A stretch of DNA of 32,000 bases from Haloquadratum walsbyi C23 (GTDB lineage: Archaea; Halobacteriota; Halobacteria; Halobacteriales; Haloferacaceae), in assembly GCF_000237865.1 (NCBI RefSeq), contig NC_017459.1, forward strand, positions 2,370,001 through 2,402,000, in the 5' to 3' direction. Positions 18,056 through 26,196 of the stretch are shown one piece after another. Below the pieces are notes generated by a model. That model saw only the letters and a list, made by a program, of their open reading frames with translations, did not search any database and was not told the DNA's origin. Position numbers and translations under genes: made by a program. How positions within the stretch are numbered: the first letter of the stretch is position 1; every line of letters begins with the position of its first letter.

Positions 18056-18159
18056 CCCCCCAGAGTGTGAATGGGATCCGTCAACGACACCCCTCGGTGT
18101 GAATGGGTGAATAGATAGCGAATTAAGATAACCACACCCACACCCCTCAGTGTGAATGG
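18056..18159 (-). repeat. Three ORB-2 boxes in inverted orientation
   Basis: CCCCCCAGAGTGTGAATGGG (18056-18075), CACCCCTCGGTGTGAATGGG (18088-18107) and CACCCCTCAGTGTGAATGG (18141-18159). Confidence 0.85.
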
Positions 18160-18525
18160 TATACCACCGCTCATACAAGATTCAATCTCTCCTGTTCAAT
18201 GTCGGTACGTCACAACTGGTGACCTTCCTTCACTTCGCTCAGCGACCGGCTGCGGCGCAAGCGCCTCGTCTTGTAGAGATGTTTTACTTGATTAGTTGTT
18301 TTTGATAATGTATAATAAAACTACCTACTGGTGTGGTAGCGGTGGCGTTGCCAGTGCAGTTGAGCACACTGGACAGACAACACAGCAACAAATACCGCCC
18401 GATGGTACGGATATCCTTGGGTATAGACAGTCAAAAGCATGTTCGAGACAGTACTGCTGTGTGTTCTCTCTTCGGTTAAACCGGTGTACGAGTGTTGAGT
18501 TAGCATTATTGTGTCCTATGGTGGA

Positions 18526-18544
18526 CCATTCACACCGAGGGGTG
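18526..18544 (+). repeat. ORB-2 box facing the 18056-18159 set across an AT-rich segment
   Basis: CCATTCACACCGAGGGGTG, 10 bp from the orc1 paralogue-2 stop. An AT-rich run lies at about 18270-18330. Confidence 0.8.
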
Positions 18545-18553
18545 TGGGAGGTA

Positions 18554-19840
18554 TCACCCCATCAGCTCTTGAAGTTCTGATGTCGAACTGATCAGTCCTC
18601 TCCGGGTGCTTCCTACTTCACCCTGTAACGAGTATGATCTGAACTTCCCATCATCTCCGCCCTCTTTCTTCTTCGACTCAAGAACACCTGTTGTCACGTG
18701 TTTATTTAGCAGCTCAAGAGCACGATTGTATCCTTTCGGCTCAACATGGACATCTTTCGCGACTGTTTGATACACTCGATGTATTTCTGAAGTTCGAAAC
18801 CATTCTTTCTCCGAATTGTTCCGGTCCAGCCGAGTAAGTGCAAACAGGAGTAGCTTCCCTGATAATGGTGTTCCCTTGACCATTTCCATAAATAGTTCTA
18901 CTTCAACGAGTTCGTCAGCTTCAGAGACGTGGTCCGCCGTGACGATCTCGCAACCCTCTTCATCGGCAACCTCACCAGCGTTTCGTAACAACCGAACTGC
19001 ACGGCGGGCGTCACCATGTTCATCAGCCGCGAGCTCGGCCACTTCCGAGATCACATTGTTTTCCAGTACTTCCTGGTAAAATGCGTCACGGCGATTATCC
19101 AGAATAGAGACAAGCTGATCCTCCTCATAGGGTGTGAACGTCCAGTGATTTGGCTGAAGCGTTGATTGAGCTCTTGAGTCAATATCACCCTTGAACTCAA
19201 TATCGTTTGAAATGCCGATCGTCACCACAGGAAAGTTAACATCATCTTTCGATTTAGCCCTTGACAGTGTGTAGAGAATCTCGTTGATCTCGTCGTGTTT
19301 ATCAATCTCGTCAATTATCACAACGAGCCCACCCGGGAACTCTTTTTTGACAATAGGCCATAGTTTCTTGTTACGATAATGTTCCGCCGAGAGACCTAAA
19401 GATGGGACGTCGACTGGATCGTTGGCTTTGGCATTCACTTGTTCTGCTATCTTCCGAAAAGTGGAGGTGTATGTCGATATCGGGTCTGGATTAACGTACG
19501 CCGTAACAATCGATCCGTCAGTCCCTTGTGTCGTTACCTCAAGTCGTTCACAGACGTGCCTAGCGACCAGTGTCTTTCCGGTTCCTGTCTCACCCCACAT
19601 CACGATATTGTCCGGAACCTCGTCTGTCCTCATCTTACGGAGATTCTTAGCTAAGGATTTGATTTTATTATCACGTCCAACAATCCGATTCGCATCTGGG
19701 AGATTATCTATTTCGAGCAACCACGGTTTCTCAAAGATTTTTGAGTTATCTTCATCGTTCTGACCGTCGACACTCAAAATCTCGTCAACAGTTGTCTGGG
19801 TTGTATTGTTATCGGTCACATTGAGGACATCTGATTCCAT
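18554..19840 (-). CDS. orc1: Orc1/Cdc6 AAA+ replication initiator (paralogue 2)
   Basis: Walker A GETGTGKT, Walker B VVIIDEID, sensor DEHGDARRAVRLLRNAGEVA and a C-terminal winged helix. 428 aa. Confidence 0.92.
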   Translation of the reverse strand: MESDVLNVTDNNTTQTTVDEILSVDGQNDEDNSKIFEKPWLLEIDNLPDANRIVGRDNKIKSLAKNLRKMRTDEVPDNIVMWGETGTGKTLVARHVCERLEVTTQGTDGSIVTAYVNPDPISTYTSTFRKIAEQVNAKANDPVDVPSLGLSAEHYRNKKLWPIVKKEFPGGLVVIIDEIDKHDEINEILYTLSRAKSKDDVNFPVVTIGISNDIEFKGDIDSRAQSTLQPNHWTFTPYEEDQLVSILDNRRDAFYQEVLENNVISEVAELAADEHGDARRAVRLLRNAGEVADEEGCEIVTADHVSEADELVEVELFMEMVKGTPLSGKLLLFALTRLDRNNSEKEWFRTSEIHRVYQTVAKDVHVEPKGYNRALELLNKHVTTGVLESKKKEGGDDGKFRSYSLQGEVGSTRRGLISSTSELQELMG

Positions 19841-19947
19841 TCACATAAAGGTAACCGACCCTCAATGTGATAGGTCAATCCCTATTCACGTTTTAATACG
19901 ACTGAGAGTACAATTCTGTATGTATATAAATTCTAGAAACTGAAGGG

Positions 19948-20240
19948 ACCCATTCACACTGAGGGGGGGTCAAATCAGGAACCCCATTCACACTGAGGTG
20001 TGCTGGATGGCGATTAACAAAACAGAGCTTTTAGTTTAGAGAATATCATTGATATTCGATCTTATGAAGTACATTGTTGGTGGCGAGCAGTCGGGCGATT
20101 TTTTGTATTTCTCTACGGCACCTGAGCTTCCCAGAACGGGAGTGAGACAGCGTGAAAGAACCGATCTACCGAATTTACTCAGTTCGGAGAGTCATCACCA
20201 ACAATCTGCTTCACAAGAGCGTTGATATTAGTCTCGGAAC
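19948..20240 (+). repeat. Segmental repeat R2b (two ORB-2 boxes) interrupted by a MITE
   Basis: CCCATTCACACTGAGGGGGGG (19949-19969) and CCCCATTCACACTGAGGTGTG (19982-20002). Collinear with R2a except for the 165-bp insert plus 8-bp duplication. Confidence 0.88.
20057..20221. mobile_element. 165-bp MITE with about 30-bp imperfect terminal inverted repeats and an 8-bp target-site duplication
   Basis: TSD TTGATATT at 20049-20056 and 20222-20229. Left end CGATCTTATGAAGTACATTGTTGGTGGCGA matches the reverse complement of the right end, CGCTCTTGTGAAGCAGATTGTTGGTGATGA (24/30). The paralogous empty site in R2a is TCGACATT followed by AGTCTCGGAAC (15726-15744). Confidence 0.8.
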
Positions 20241-20349
20241 TTCTCACCGAGGAGATTTCGCTCGACGGGATCGCCGTCATTGCGAACGAGACGCATTCGT
20301 TCGAAATGATATCTGTGAGAACCGGGAGTTTGAGCTTCTGGAAAACACG

Positions 20350-20609
20350 CCCACCCCACTGGTTCCGCTGTTAGCAGATTGAAATGGGCGTACAACTAGA
20401 CAGAAACTGTATCCTGATTATTACTGACGATAGTAATGATGTAGTCGGAATAATCTGTCCTAACATGAGTTCAGTACTTCCAACATACCCCACTGGTTCC
20501 GCTGTTACTGAAAAATAATTAATCAGCCAATAGAATCAACCGAGTATGTCTGACAACTGAGCAGTTACAAACGATAGTGTGATTAACAGTGGAAGTGGTG
20601 GGGTGGGTG
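20350..20609. repeat. Three canonical haloarchaeal-type ORB boxes (ORB-3); the inner pair is inverted around a 75-bp AT-rich spacer
   Basis: CCCACCCCACTGGTTCCGCTGTTA (20350-20373), ATACCCCACTGGTTCCGCTGTTAC (20485-20508) and, inverted, TAACAGTGGAAGTGGTGGGGTGGGTG (20584-20609). Confidence 0.8.
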
Positions 20610-20662
20610 TGTTCAACGATTAGACAGCAAAGACATCTGATATGTCGGTTCAGTTTATATGC

Positions 20663-20914
20663 TCAGACCTTGAGTTCATGATCAGCGCATCCCCTGAGTG
20701 TCAGTGGAATATTGTATATACGATCGGTTTTAAACTCGGTCACTGTCGATGTGTATATAGCTACTCTCGACTTTGCGTCTTCATTCATCGTTGTAGGAGC
20801 AAGATCAAGACAGTCAGAATGGCTTGTTAGACCTGCTGACACGAGTTGACAGTCACGATGATAGATTATCGAAGACGTTGGTTCGTTTTCAAATTGTGGC
20901 TTCAGTTTGAGCAC
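20663..20914 (-). CDS. Hypothetical protein (weak)
   Basis: 83-aa ORF with no recognisable motif and a non-acidic composition. Confidence 0.2.
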   Translation of the reverse strand: MLKLKPQFENEPTSSIIYHRDCQLVSAGLTSHSDCLDLAPTTMNEDAKSRVAIYTSTVTEFKTDRIYNIPLTLRGCADHELKV

Positions 20915-21225
20915 AGCGCATCAGTGCAGGGAAAATGTATACGGCGTTTTATTTTCCCAAGACGAGACACTAAGCTTTCTTTATGAACGTGAACCGACCC
21001 AGTGGAAGGTATAGATGAATAAGATGAAAGTGAAAATTAACGGCATGTTCATCGGTCAAAACAGCGCTAAAGAGTCGGGAACCACGCTCGAGTAGTATCT
21101 CGAGTTCGCGTTTGCTGAAAGCACAGAGAGTATCATTGAGACGGTTTGAGAAGACCCACAGTTGGACGATGTGTACTACGATGAACTCCGCACTGTTGTG
21201 AACGCACAAGTTAATCGCTAGAGTA

Positions 21226-21496
21226 GGATTGACCGAAACAAATCGATAGGGGTGCGTCTGTGTGGTAGGACTGACCGAAACAAATCGATAGGGGCGTGTC
21301 TGTGTGATGGGGCTAATCAGAACAAATCGATAGAGGTGTGTCTGTAAGATATAATTGACCGAAACAAGTCGATAGGGGTGTGTCTGTGTGATGGGACTGA
21401 TTGGAACAAATCGATAGAGGTGTGTCTGTGTGATGGGACTGATTGGAACAAATCGATAGAGGTGTGTCTGTCTGATAGGATTACACAAAACAGATC
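21226..21496 (+). repeat. Tandem array of six 42-bp iterons plus a degenerate seventh
   Basis: Units start at 21226, 21268, 21310, 21352, 21394 and 21436. The core AA(A/G)TCGATAG(G/A)GGTG recurs at exactly 42-bp spacing (21240, 21282, 21324, 21366, 21408, 21450). Confidence 0.92.
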
Positions 21497-21812
21497 AGGA
21501 TCCTGGATGTGAAGAGAACAATACGCTAGAACACGGTGTGAAGTATTCCTGAGATAAACCTCAAAGAATTGTCAGTGAAGTCTGCGAAATGCCCGACAAC
21601 TATGATTCCGTATCCTCAGACACTGCGACGAAGCATTAAATCGGATTCATTCCCAGCATGCTGCGTGTGCGTAAGAGTTGATCATTGCAATATCATGCGA
21701 TACCTATTGAACAAATACATTGAGTAATTTATTAATATAACCCGAGAATTTTCGAGTTGCTGACTGCTGAAGTATAAACCAAACCCGTAGAAGAAACTTG
21801 ACCCCCGAGAGA

Positions 21813-21886
21813 AGCCAGGGGTGGGATTTGAACCCACGAAGTCTCGATTACAAGTCGAGTGCATGCACCGCCCATGCTCCCCTGGC
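21813..21886 (-). tRNA. tRNA-Thr: tRNA-Thr (anticodon UGU), no encoded CCA, discriminator U
   Basis: Cloverleaf by hand: acceptor GCCAGGG/CCCUGGC, D stem GCAU/AUGC, anticodon stem CUCGA/UCGAG with loop CUUGUAA, 5-nt variable loop, T arm GUGGG-UUCAAAU-CCCAC. The D-arm core is atypical (G8, G14, C21). Confidence 0.75.
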
Positions 21887-22027
21887 ACCAATTACAAATT
21901 AATATAGGGAATCCCCCTTTGAGTGTGTGTCGTTTTCGATTAATGAGAGCAGTTACCTATTCAACACATACTCACATCTGCGATTTTAATTTGAGATGGA
22001 TTCTTTACTTCGAATCTCTCCTGTGGT

Positions 22028-22534
22028 CTAATTTTCCTCAGTAAAATCAAGAGTCCGTTCAAACTGCACTCGGTGTGCATCATATCCTTGTTGACGATAG
22101 AACTCTTGTGCACGCGTATTCTCTGCGAGCGTTTCAAGTGTGATTACTGTTGCACCTTGATTGTGGAGTTTGTCCTCAGCAGCACACAACAGTTGTGTTC
22201 CAATTCCAGCACCTCGTTTCGATGGAGTAACATAGAGATTTTGTATAATACCCCGAGTCTCTGAGAGTGTGTATGCCCCTCGCTCAATCTCATATGTCAC
22301 GAAGCCAAGGATCTGGGTTTGCTCTTGTTCTTGCCCGTCTGTCTCAACACATGCAACATAAACACAGTCGCTTGCGATACGATGTGCAATCATCTCTCGA
22401 ACAGCTTCTTTACTTTCCTCTGGCTGGATATATGATTCATACTCACGCTGATCAGCTGCCAGTTCAACCCACATATCAGTTATTTCATTGACAGCTCCGA
22501 CTGAGGGGTGTTCAATTGTGATCGAATCTTGCAT
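22028..22534 (-). CDS. GNAT-family N-acetyltransferase
   Basis: Acetyl-CoA motif QNLYVTPSKRGAGIGTQLL and C-terminal EFYRQQGY. The track ORF extends to GTG 22597; the first ATG (MQDSITIEH) is at 22534. Confidence 0.82.
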   Translation of the reverse strand: MQDSITIEHPSVGAVNEITDMWVELAADQREYESYIQPEESKEAVREMIAHRIASDCVYVACVETDGQEQEQTQILGFVTYEIERGAYTLSETRGIIQNLYVTPSKRGAGIGTQLLCAAEDKLHNQGATVITLETLAENTRAQEFYRQQGYDAHRVQFERTLDFTEEN

Positions 22535-22806
22535 GGATTGAATCTGATGTCGTATTGAGTATTGAGTTGGACCGAGACCCAGAGGAGTTCTCCTCACTCA
22601 TTATATCATTATTATCTCTCTCATTCTCTCATATCTTTTTATTATAAAATAATTTGATAGGGTGCATACCTGTTTTGAGTTTATCTGAGAATGATAGTAT
22701 AATACAATTCACAGCCCGTGAGAGCACTTTTTACCATTGTCATAACCCCTCGGAAGAAAGACTTATGACCGTTTCGCGTCCGGAATTATCTTGAGGACAA
22801 TTATCA

Positions 22807-23913
22807 ATGGGTATCGCCGAGACATACACACGTGGTCGACGGTTTGCGGTCACCCGACCCGGGTCCATTCTCCTCGCAATTGTTGGATTCATCTTATTGT
22901 TTGATCTTGCGGGGCAACTCACATCGGGGCAGATAACATTCAGCAGTGTTGGCTCGCTCATATGGGATGGATTAATGCGTGGTCTTGTGATTGGACTTGC
23001 CGGAATCGGGCTTTCGATGACATATAGTATTTTGAACTTCGCCAATTTCGCACATGGCGATTATATTACCGCTGGAGCGTTTTCTGGATGGGCAACAACA
23101 TATCTCATTGCTGGACTCGGTCGAGCGGATGTCGGAGCATTATTATTAGTTGGTGCTGGCGGATCGGTTTTCGGCGGAACGCTTGGAATCAATGTTATTG
23201 GAACGCCGTTCGCGATTATTGCAGGTATTATTGTTGCTGGAATTGCGGCAGTCGGATTAACGCTTGCAGTCGATAAGATTGCATACAAACCAATCCGGGA
23301 TGAAAGTGGTATTGCACTCCTCATCACGAGTGTTGGAGTCGCATTCGCTCTTCGATATTTGATGCAGTTTGTATTCGGTCCGAGCGTTCGTGGAACGACA
23401 AGTCAACCGGCATCTCTATCACTGTATTTCATTGATGGCGTTGTTCGCGTGAACACCCACGATGCCGCACTCATAATTATTGGTGGTGCATTGATGCTTG
23501 GCGTTCATTTGCTCTTGCAACGAACTAAACTTGGAAAGGCAATGCGAGCGATGTCTGATAATGAGGATCTCGCTCGTGTAACAGGGATTCCAACAGAGCA
23601 GGTCGTTCGGTCAGTCTGGGTTATTGGTGGGGGACTAACTGGGATTGCAGGATATATGTTTATTCTCTGGAAGGGAACACTTGGATTCAATGACGGATGG
23701 TTGCTTCTTCTGTTGATCTTCGCAGCCGTTATTCTCGGTGGGATCGGCTCAATCTACGGTGCAATCACTGGTGGATTAGTAATCGGACTGACGGCATCTG
23801 TCTCGGTGATTTGGATTCCATCAACATTCGCCCGTGCAACTGCGTTTATTATGATGATTGTGATTCTTCTTGTGAAACCATCTGGTATTTTCTCCGGGAG
23901 GTCAACCGCATGA
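22807..23913 (+). CDS. livH: Branched-chain amino acid ABC transporter permease (LivH type)
   Basis: Multi-TM protein with GLSMTYSILNFANFAHGDYITAGAF and the family EAA-like region MRAMSDNEDLARVTGI. Confidence 0.88.
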   Translation: MGIAETYTRGRRFAVTRPGSILLAIVGFILLFDLAGQLTSGQITFSSVGSLIWDGLMRGLVIGLAGIGLSMTYSILNFANFAHGDYITAGAFSGWATTYLIAGLGRADVGALLLVGAGGSVFGGTLGINVIGTPFAIIAGIIVAGIAAVGLTLAVDKIAYKPIRDESGIALLITSVGVAFALRYLMQFVFGPSVRGTTSQPASLSLYFIDGVVRVNTHDAALIIIGGALMLGVHLLLQRTKLGKAMRAMSDNEDLARVTGIPTEQVVRSVWVIGGGLTGIAGYMFILWKGTLGFNDGWLLLLLIFAAVILGGIGSIYGAITGGLVIGLTASVSVIWIPSTFARATAFIMMIVILLVKPSGIFSGRSTA

Positions 23914-25343
23914 GTACAACAACACTCCCTGATAGTCTGACTCGACGAGTCCCAGGTGGTGATGCCGGTATTATTATTGCCACACTTGCAGCAACATACC
24001 TCGCATATGTGCTTATTGGCATCGGGCTTGGGTACTCACTCCGTGGGCAATTAAACACAATCGCAGTTTTGACCTTCTATATTGGCGTGTTTGCGATGCT
24101 TGCGCTTGCATTGAATCTACACTGGGGATACACTGGATTATTCAATATCGGGATTGTTGGATTCATGGCTGTCGGAATCTATGTGATGGCGCTGGTTTCA
24201 AAACCAGTGTATCAGGCTGGTGGCGCCTCACAGGTCGGCGGGCTTGGACTTCCAGTCATCATTGGAATTATTGCCGGCATGATCGCTGCGAGTCTTCTTG
24301 GGCTCCTGATTGCGCTTCCTGCACTCAGACTTCGGGCAGATTATCTCGCGATTGTGACGATTGCAATGTCTGAGATTGTTCGATTTTCATTTCTTTCTGG
24401 ACAATTTCAACAATTCAATCTTGCTGGTCGTCGTGTTGGCTTTGGTGGTGGTTCAGGGCTTATTCTTGATTACACTGACCCACTCGAGTCATTCTTCAGT
24501 TTCTTTGGGCTCTGGGATGCATATCTCGGACTTGTTGAGACAGTTGGAATTATCATTCCGAATAATCCCAAACCGGTCGTTGATGGACTCGTGTATGGTG
24601 TTGTGTTGCTTTCGTTTGTCGGGCTGTATTTCTGGTTATTGAAACGAACTGGTGAGTCGCCGTTCGGTCGAGTTCTAAAGGCAATTCGGGAAGATGAAGA
24701 AGCAGCAAGTTCGCTCGGCAAGGACACAAACGGATTCAAAATAAAGGCGTTCATGCTTGGATGCGCGTTGATGGGTCTTGCTGGAATCCTTTGGTTCATG
24801 CGAAGCGGGGCTGTCACTCCGAATACCTTCCGTCCACGCATTACATTCTTTGTTTGGATTGCGCTGATTATTGGGGGTGCGGGATCAAATACCGGAAGTG
24901 TGCTTGGTGGTGCAATCTTCGCGGCGCTATTATATCAGGGTCCACGATATCTCAAGAATCTTCTCGATACAGTATTGCCGAGTGCCAGTTCACCGTCGAG
25001 CTTTGGTCCTGCAATTGCACCATTGATTTCAAATCTCGATATTACTCCACTACTATTCTACACGATTGATAACATCAGACAACTTCAATTGGTATTCATG
25101 GGTGTCGTTCTTATTTGGCTCATGCATAATCGCCCAGAGGGACTTCTCGGTCATCGAACAGAAACCGCCTCACCAATCACACTGAGCGCACCAATCGCAC
25201 AGACAGTTGCAAGCGAAAGCAGATCAACAACTGCCGACGCTGATACCGACCCAGACCCTGACGCAACTGAGGATATCGCCCCTGATGGTGGGAGTAATTC
25301 GACAACCGATAGCAATAATGGGGGTATCAATTCAAATGAGTGA
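23910..25343 (+). CDS. livM: Branched-chain amino acid ABC transporter permease (LivM type) with acidic low-complexity C-terminal tail
   Basis: LNLHWGYTGLFNIGIVGFMAVGIY and LKAIREDEEAASSLG. ATG 23910 overlaps the livH stop (ATGA). The track ORF start at 23697 lies inside livH in another frame. Confidence 0.88.
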   Translation: MSTTTLPDSLTRRVPGGDAGIIIATLAATYLAYVLIGIGLGYSLRGQLNTIAVLTFYIGVFAMLALALNLHWGYTGLFNIGIVGFMAVGIYVMALVSKPVYQAGGASQVGGLGLPVIIGIIAGMIAASLLGLLIALPALRLRADYLAIVTIAMSEIVRFSFLSGQFQQFNLAGRRVGFGGGSGLILDYTDPLESFFSFFGLWDAYLGLVETVGIIIPNNPKPVVDGLVYGVVLLSFVGLYFWLLKRTGESPFGRVLKAIREDEEAASSLGKDTNGFKIKAFMLGCALMGLAGILWFMRSGAVTPNTFRPRITFFVWIALIIGGAGSNTGSVLGGAIFAALLYQGPRYLKNLLDTVLPSASSPSSFGPAIAPLISNLDITPLLFYTIDNIRQLQLVFMGVVLIWLMHNRPEGLLGHRTETASPITLSAPIAQTVASESRSTTADADTDPDPDATEDIAPDGGSNSTTDSNNGGINSNE

Positions 25344-26196
25344 CGTCGGGAGTGGATCACAAAGTGAGCAATCTCTCAGTAGTGATCTCAGTATCGGTAC
25401 GGATGGCACCGATATTGACACAGCGACAACGCATCCACTTGTCGTTGAAAATCTCCAGAAATCATTTGGCGGAATCACGGCTGTCGATAACGCCTCATTT
25501 GAGGTTGAGGCTGGCACACTAACCGGATTGATTGGTCCAAATGGTGCTGGGAAATCGACGACATTCAATCTCATCACGGGAACACTCACACCCGACTCTG
25601 GGACGGTCCGATTTAATGATGAGGATATTACCGGTGCAACACCACATGACGTTGCCAATCGAGGGCTTGTTCGAACCTTCCAGATTGCACGCGAACTTGA
25701 GGAAATGACCGTACTTGAGAATATGATGCTTGCTCCCAAGCGTCAGCGTGGGGAAGCGCTGTGGCGATCAGTCGTCCCCGGATTTCGAAGCGACGTTGCC
25801 GAGCAGGAGACAGAACTTCTCGACCGTGTTTGGGATGTAATTGAGTTCTTTGAAATTGATCATATTGCTGATGAGTATGCCGGAAATCTCTCGGGTGGAC
25901 AGCGAAAACTGCTTGAGTTGGCTCGTGCGCTCCTCACTGACCCTGATATGTTACTGCTTGATGAGCCATTCGCCGGTGTGAATCCATCACTTGAACGTCG
26001 TTTACTTGAACACATCCATGAACTTCGCGAGCAGGGCTACACATTCCTGCTTGTCGAACATGATATGGACCTCATTATGGAGAACTGTGAGCACGTTATT
26101 GTGTTACACCAGGGTCGCGTTCTGACTGAGGGGAGTCCGGATGAAGTGCGCGGTGATGAAGACGTCATTGAGGCGTATCTTGGAGGGACAGTATGA
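25336..26196 (+). CDS. livG: Branched-chain amino acid ABC transporter ATP-binding protein (LivG type)
   Basis: Walker A GPNGAGKST, signature LSGGQRKLLELARAL, Walker B LLLDEP. ATG 25336 overlaps the livM end by 8 nt. Confidence 0.9.
   Translation: MSDVGSGSQSEQSLSSDLSIGTDGTDIDTATTHPLVVENLQKSFGGITAVDNASFEVEAGTLTGLIGPNGAGKSTTFNLITGTLTPDSGTVRFNDEDITGATPHDVANRGLVRTFQIARELEEMTVLENMMLAPKRQRGEALWRSVVPGFRSDVAEQETELLDRVWDVIEFFEIDHIADEYAGNLSGGQRKLLELARALLTDPDMLLLDEPFAGVNPSLERRLLEHIHELREQGYTFLLVEHDMDLIMENCEHVIVLHQGRVLTEGSPDEVRGDEDVIEAYLGGTV

Noticed and set aside
17910-18110. 66-aa ORF downstream of the DUF555-like gene.
   Set aside because: It overlaps the inverted ORB-2 boxes, has a basic composition and shows no motif.
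20970-21488. 172-aa ORF with the repeating peptide THLYRFVPISPITQ.
   Set aside because: It is a read-through of the 42-bp (14-codon) tandem DNA repeats. The composition is non-acidic, and the periodicity comes from the DNA rather than from a protein repeat under selection.
21226-21496. Possible CRISPR array.
   Set aside because: The units are contiguous head-to-tail with no unique spacers, the repeat is not palindromic in the CRISPR manner, and no cas genes lie nearby.
21887-21910. TATA-like AATTAATATA upstream of the tRNA as its promoter.
   Set aside because: It lies only about 12-21 nt from the mature 5' end, too close for the usual position of about -26 unless the TSS is inside the tRNA. 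Not reported as a feature.
23697-23909. Upstream extensions of livM (track start 23697) and livG (track start 25207).
   Set aside because: The extensions lie inside the preceding genes in other frames. The conserved ATGA or 8-nt overlap starts at 23910 and 25336 give family-typical N-termini.
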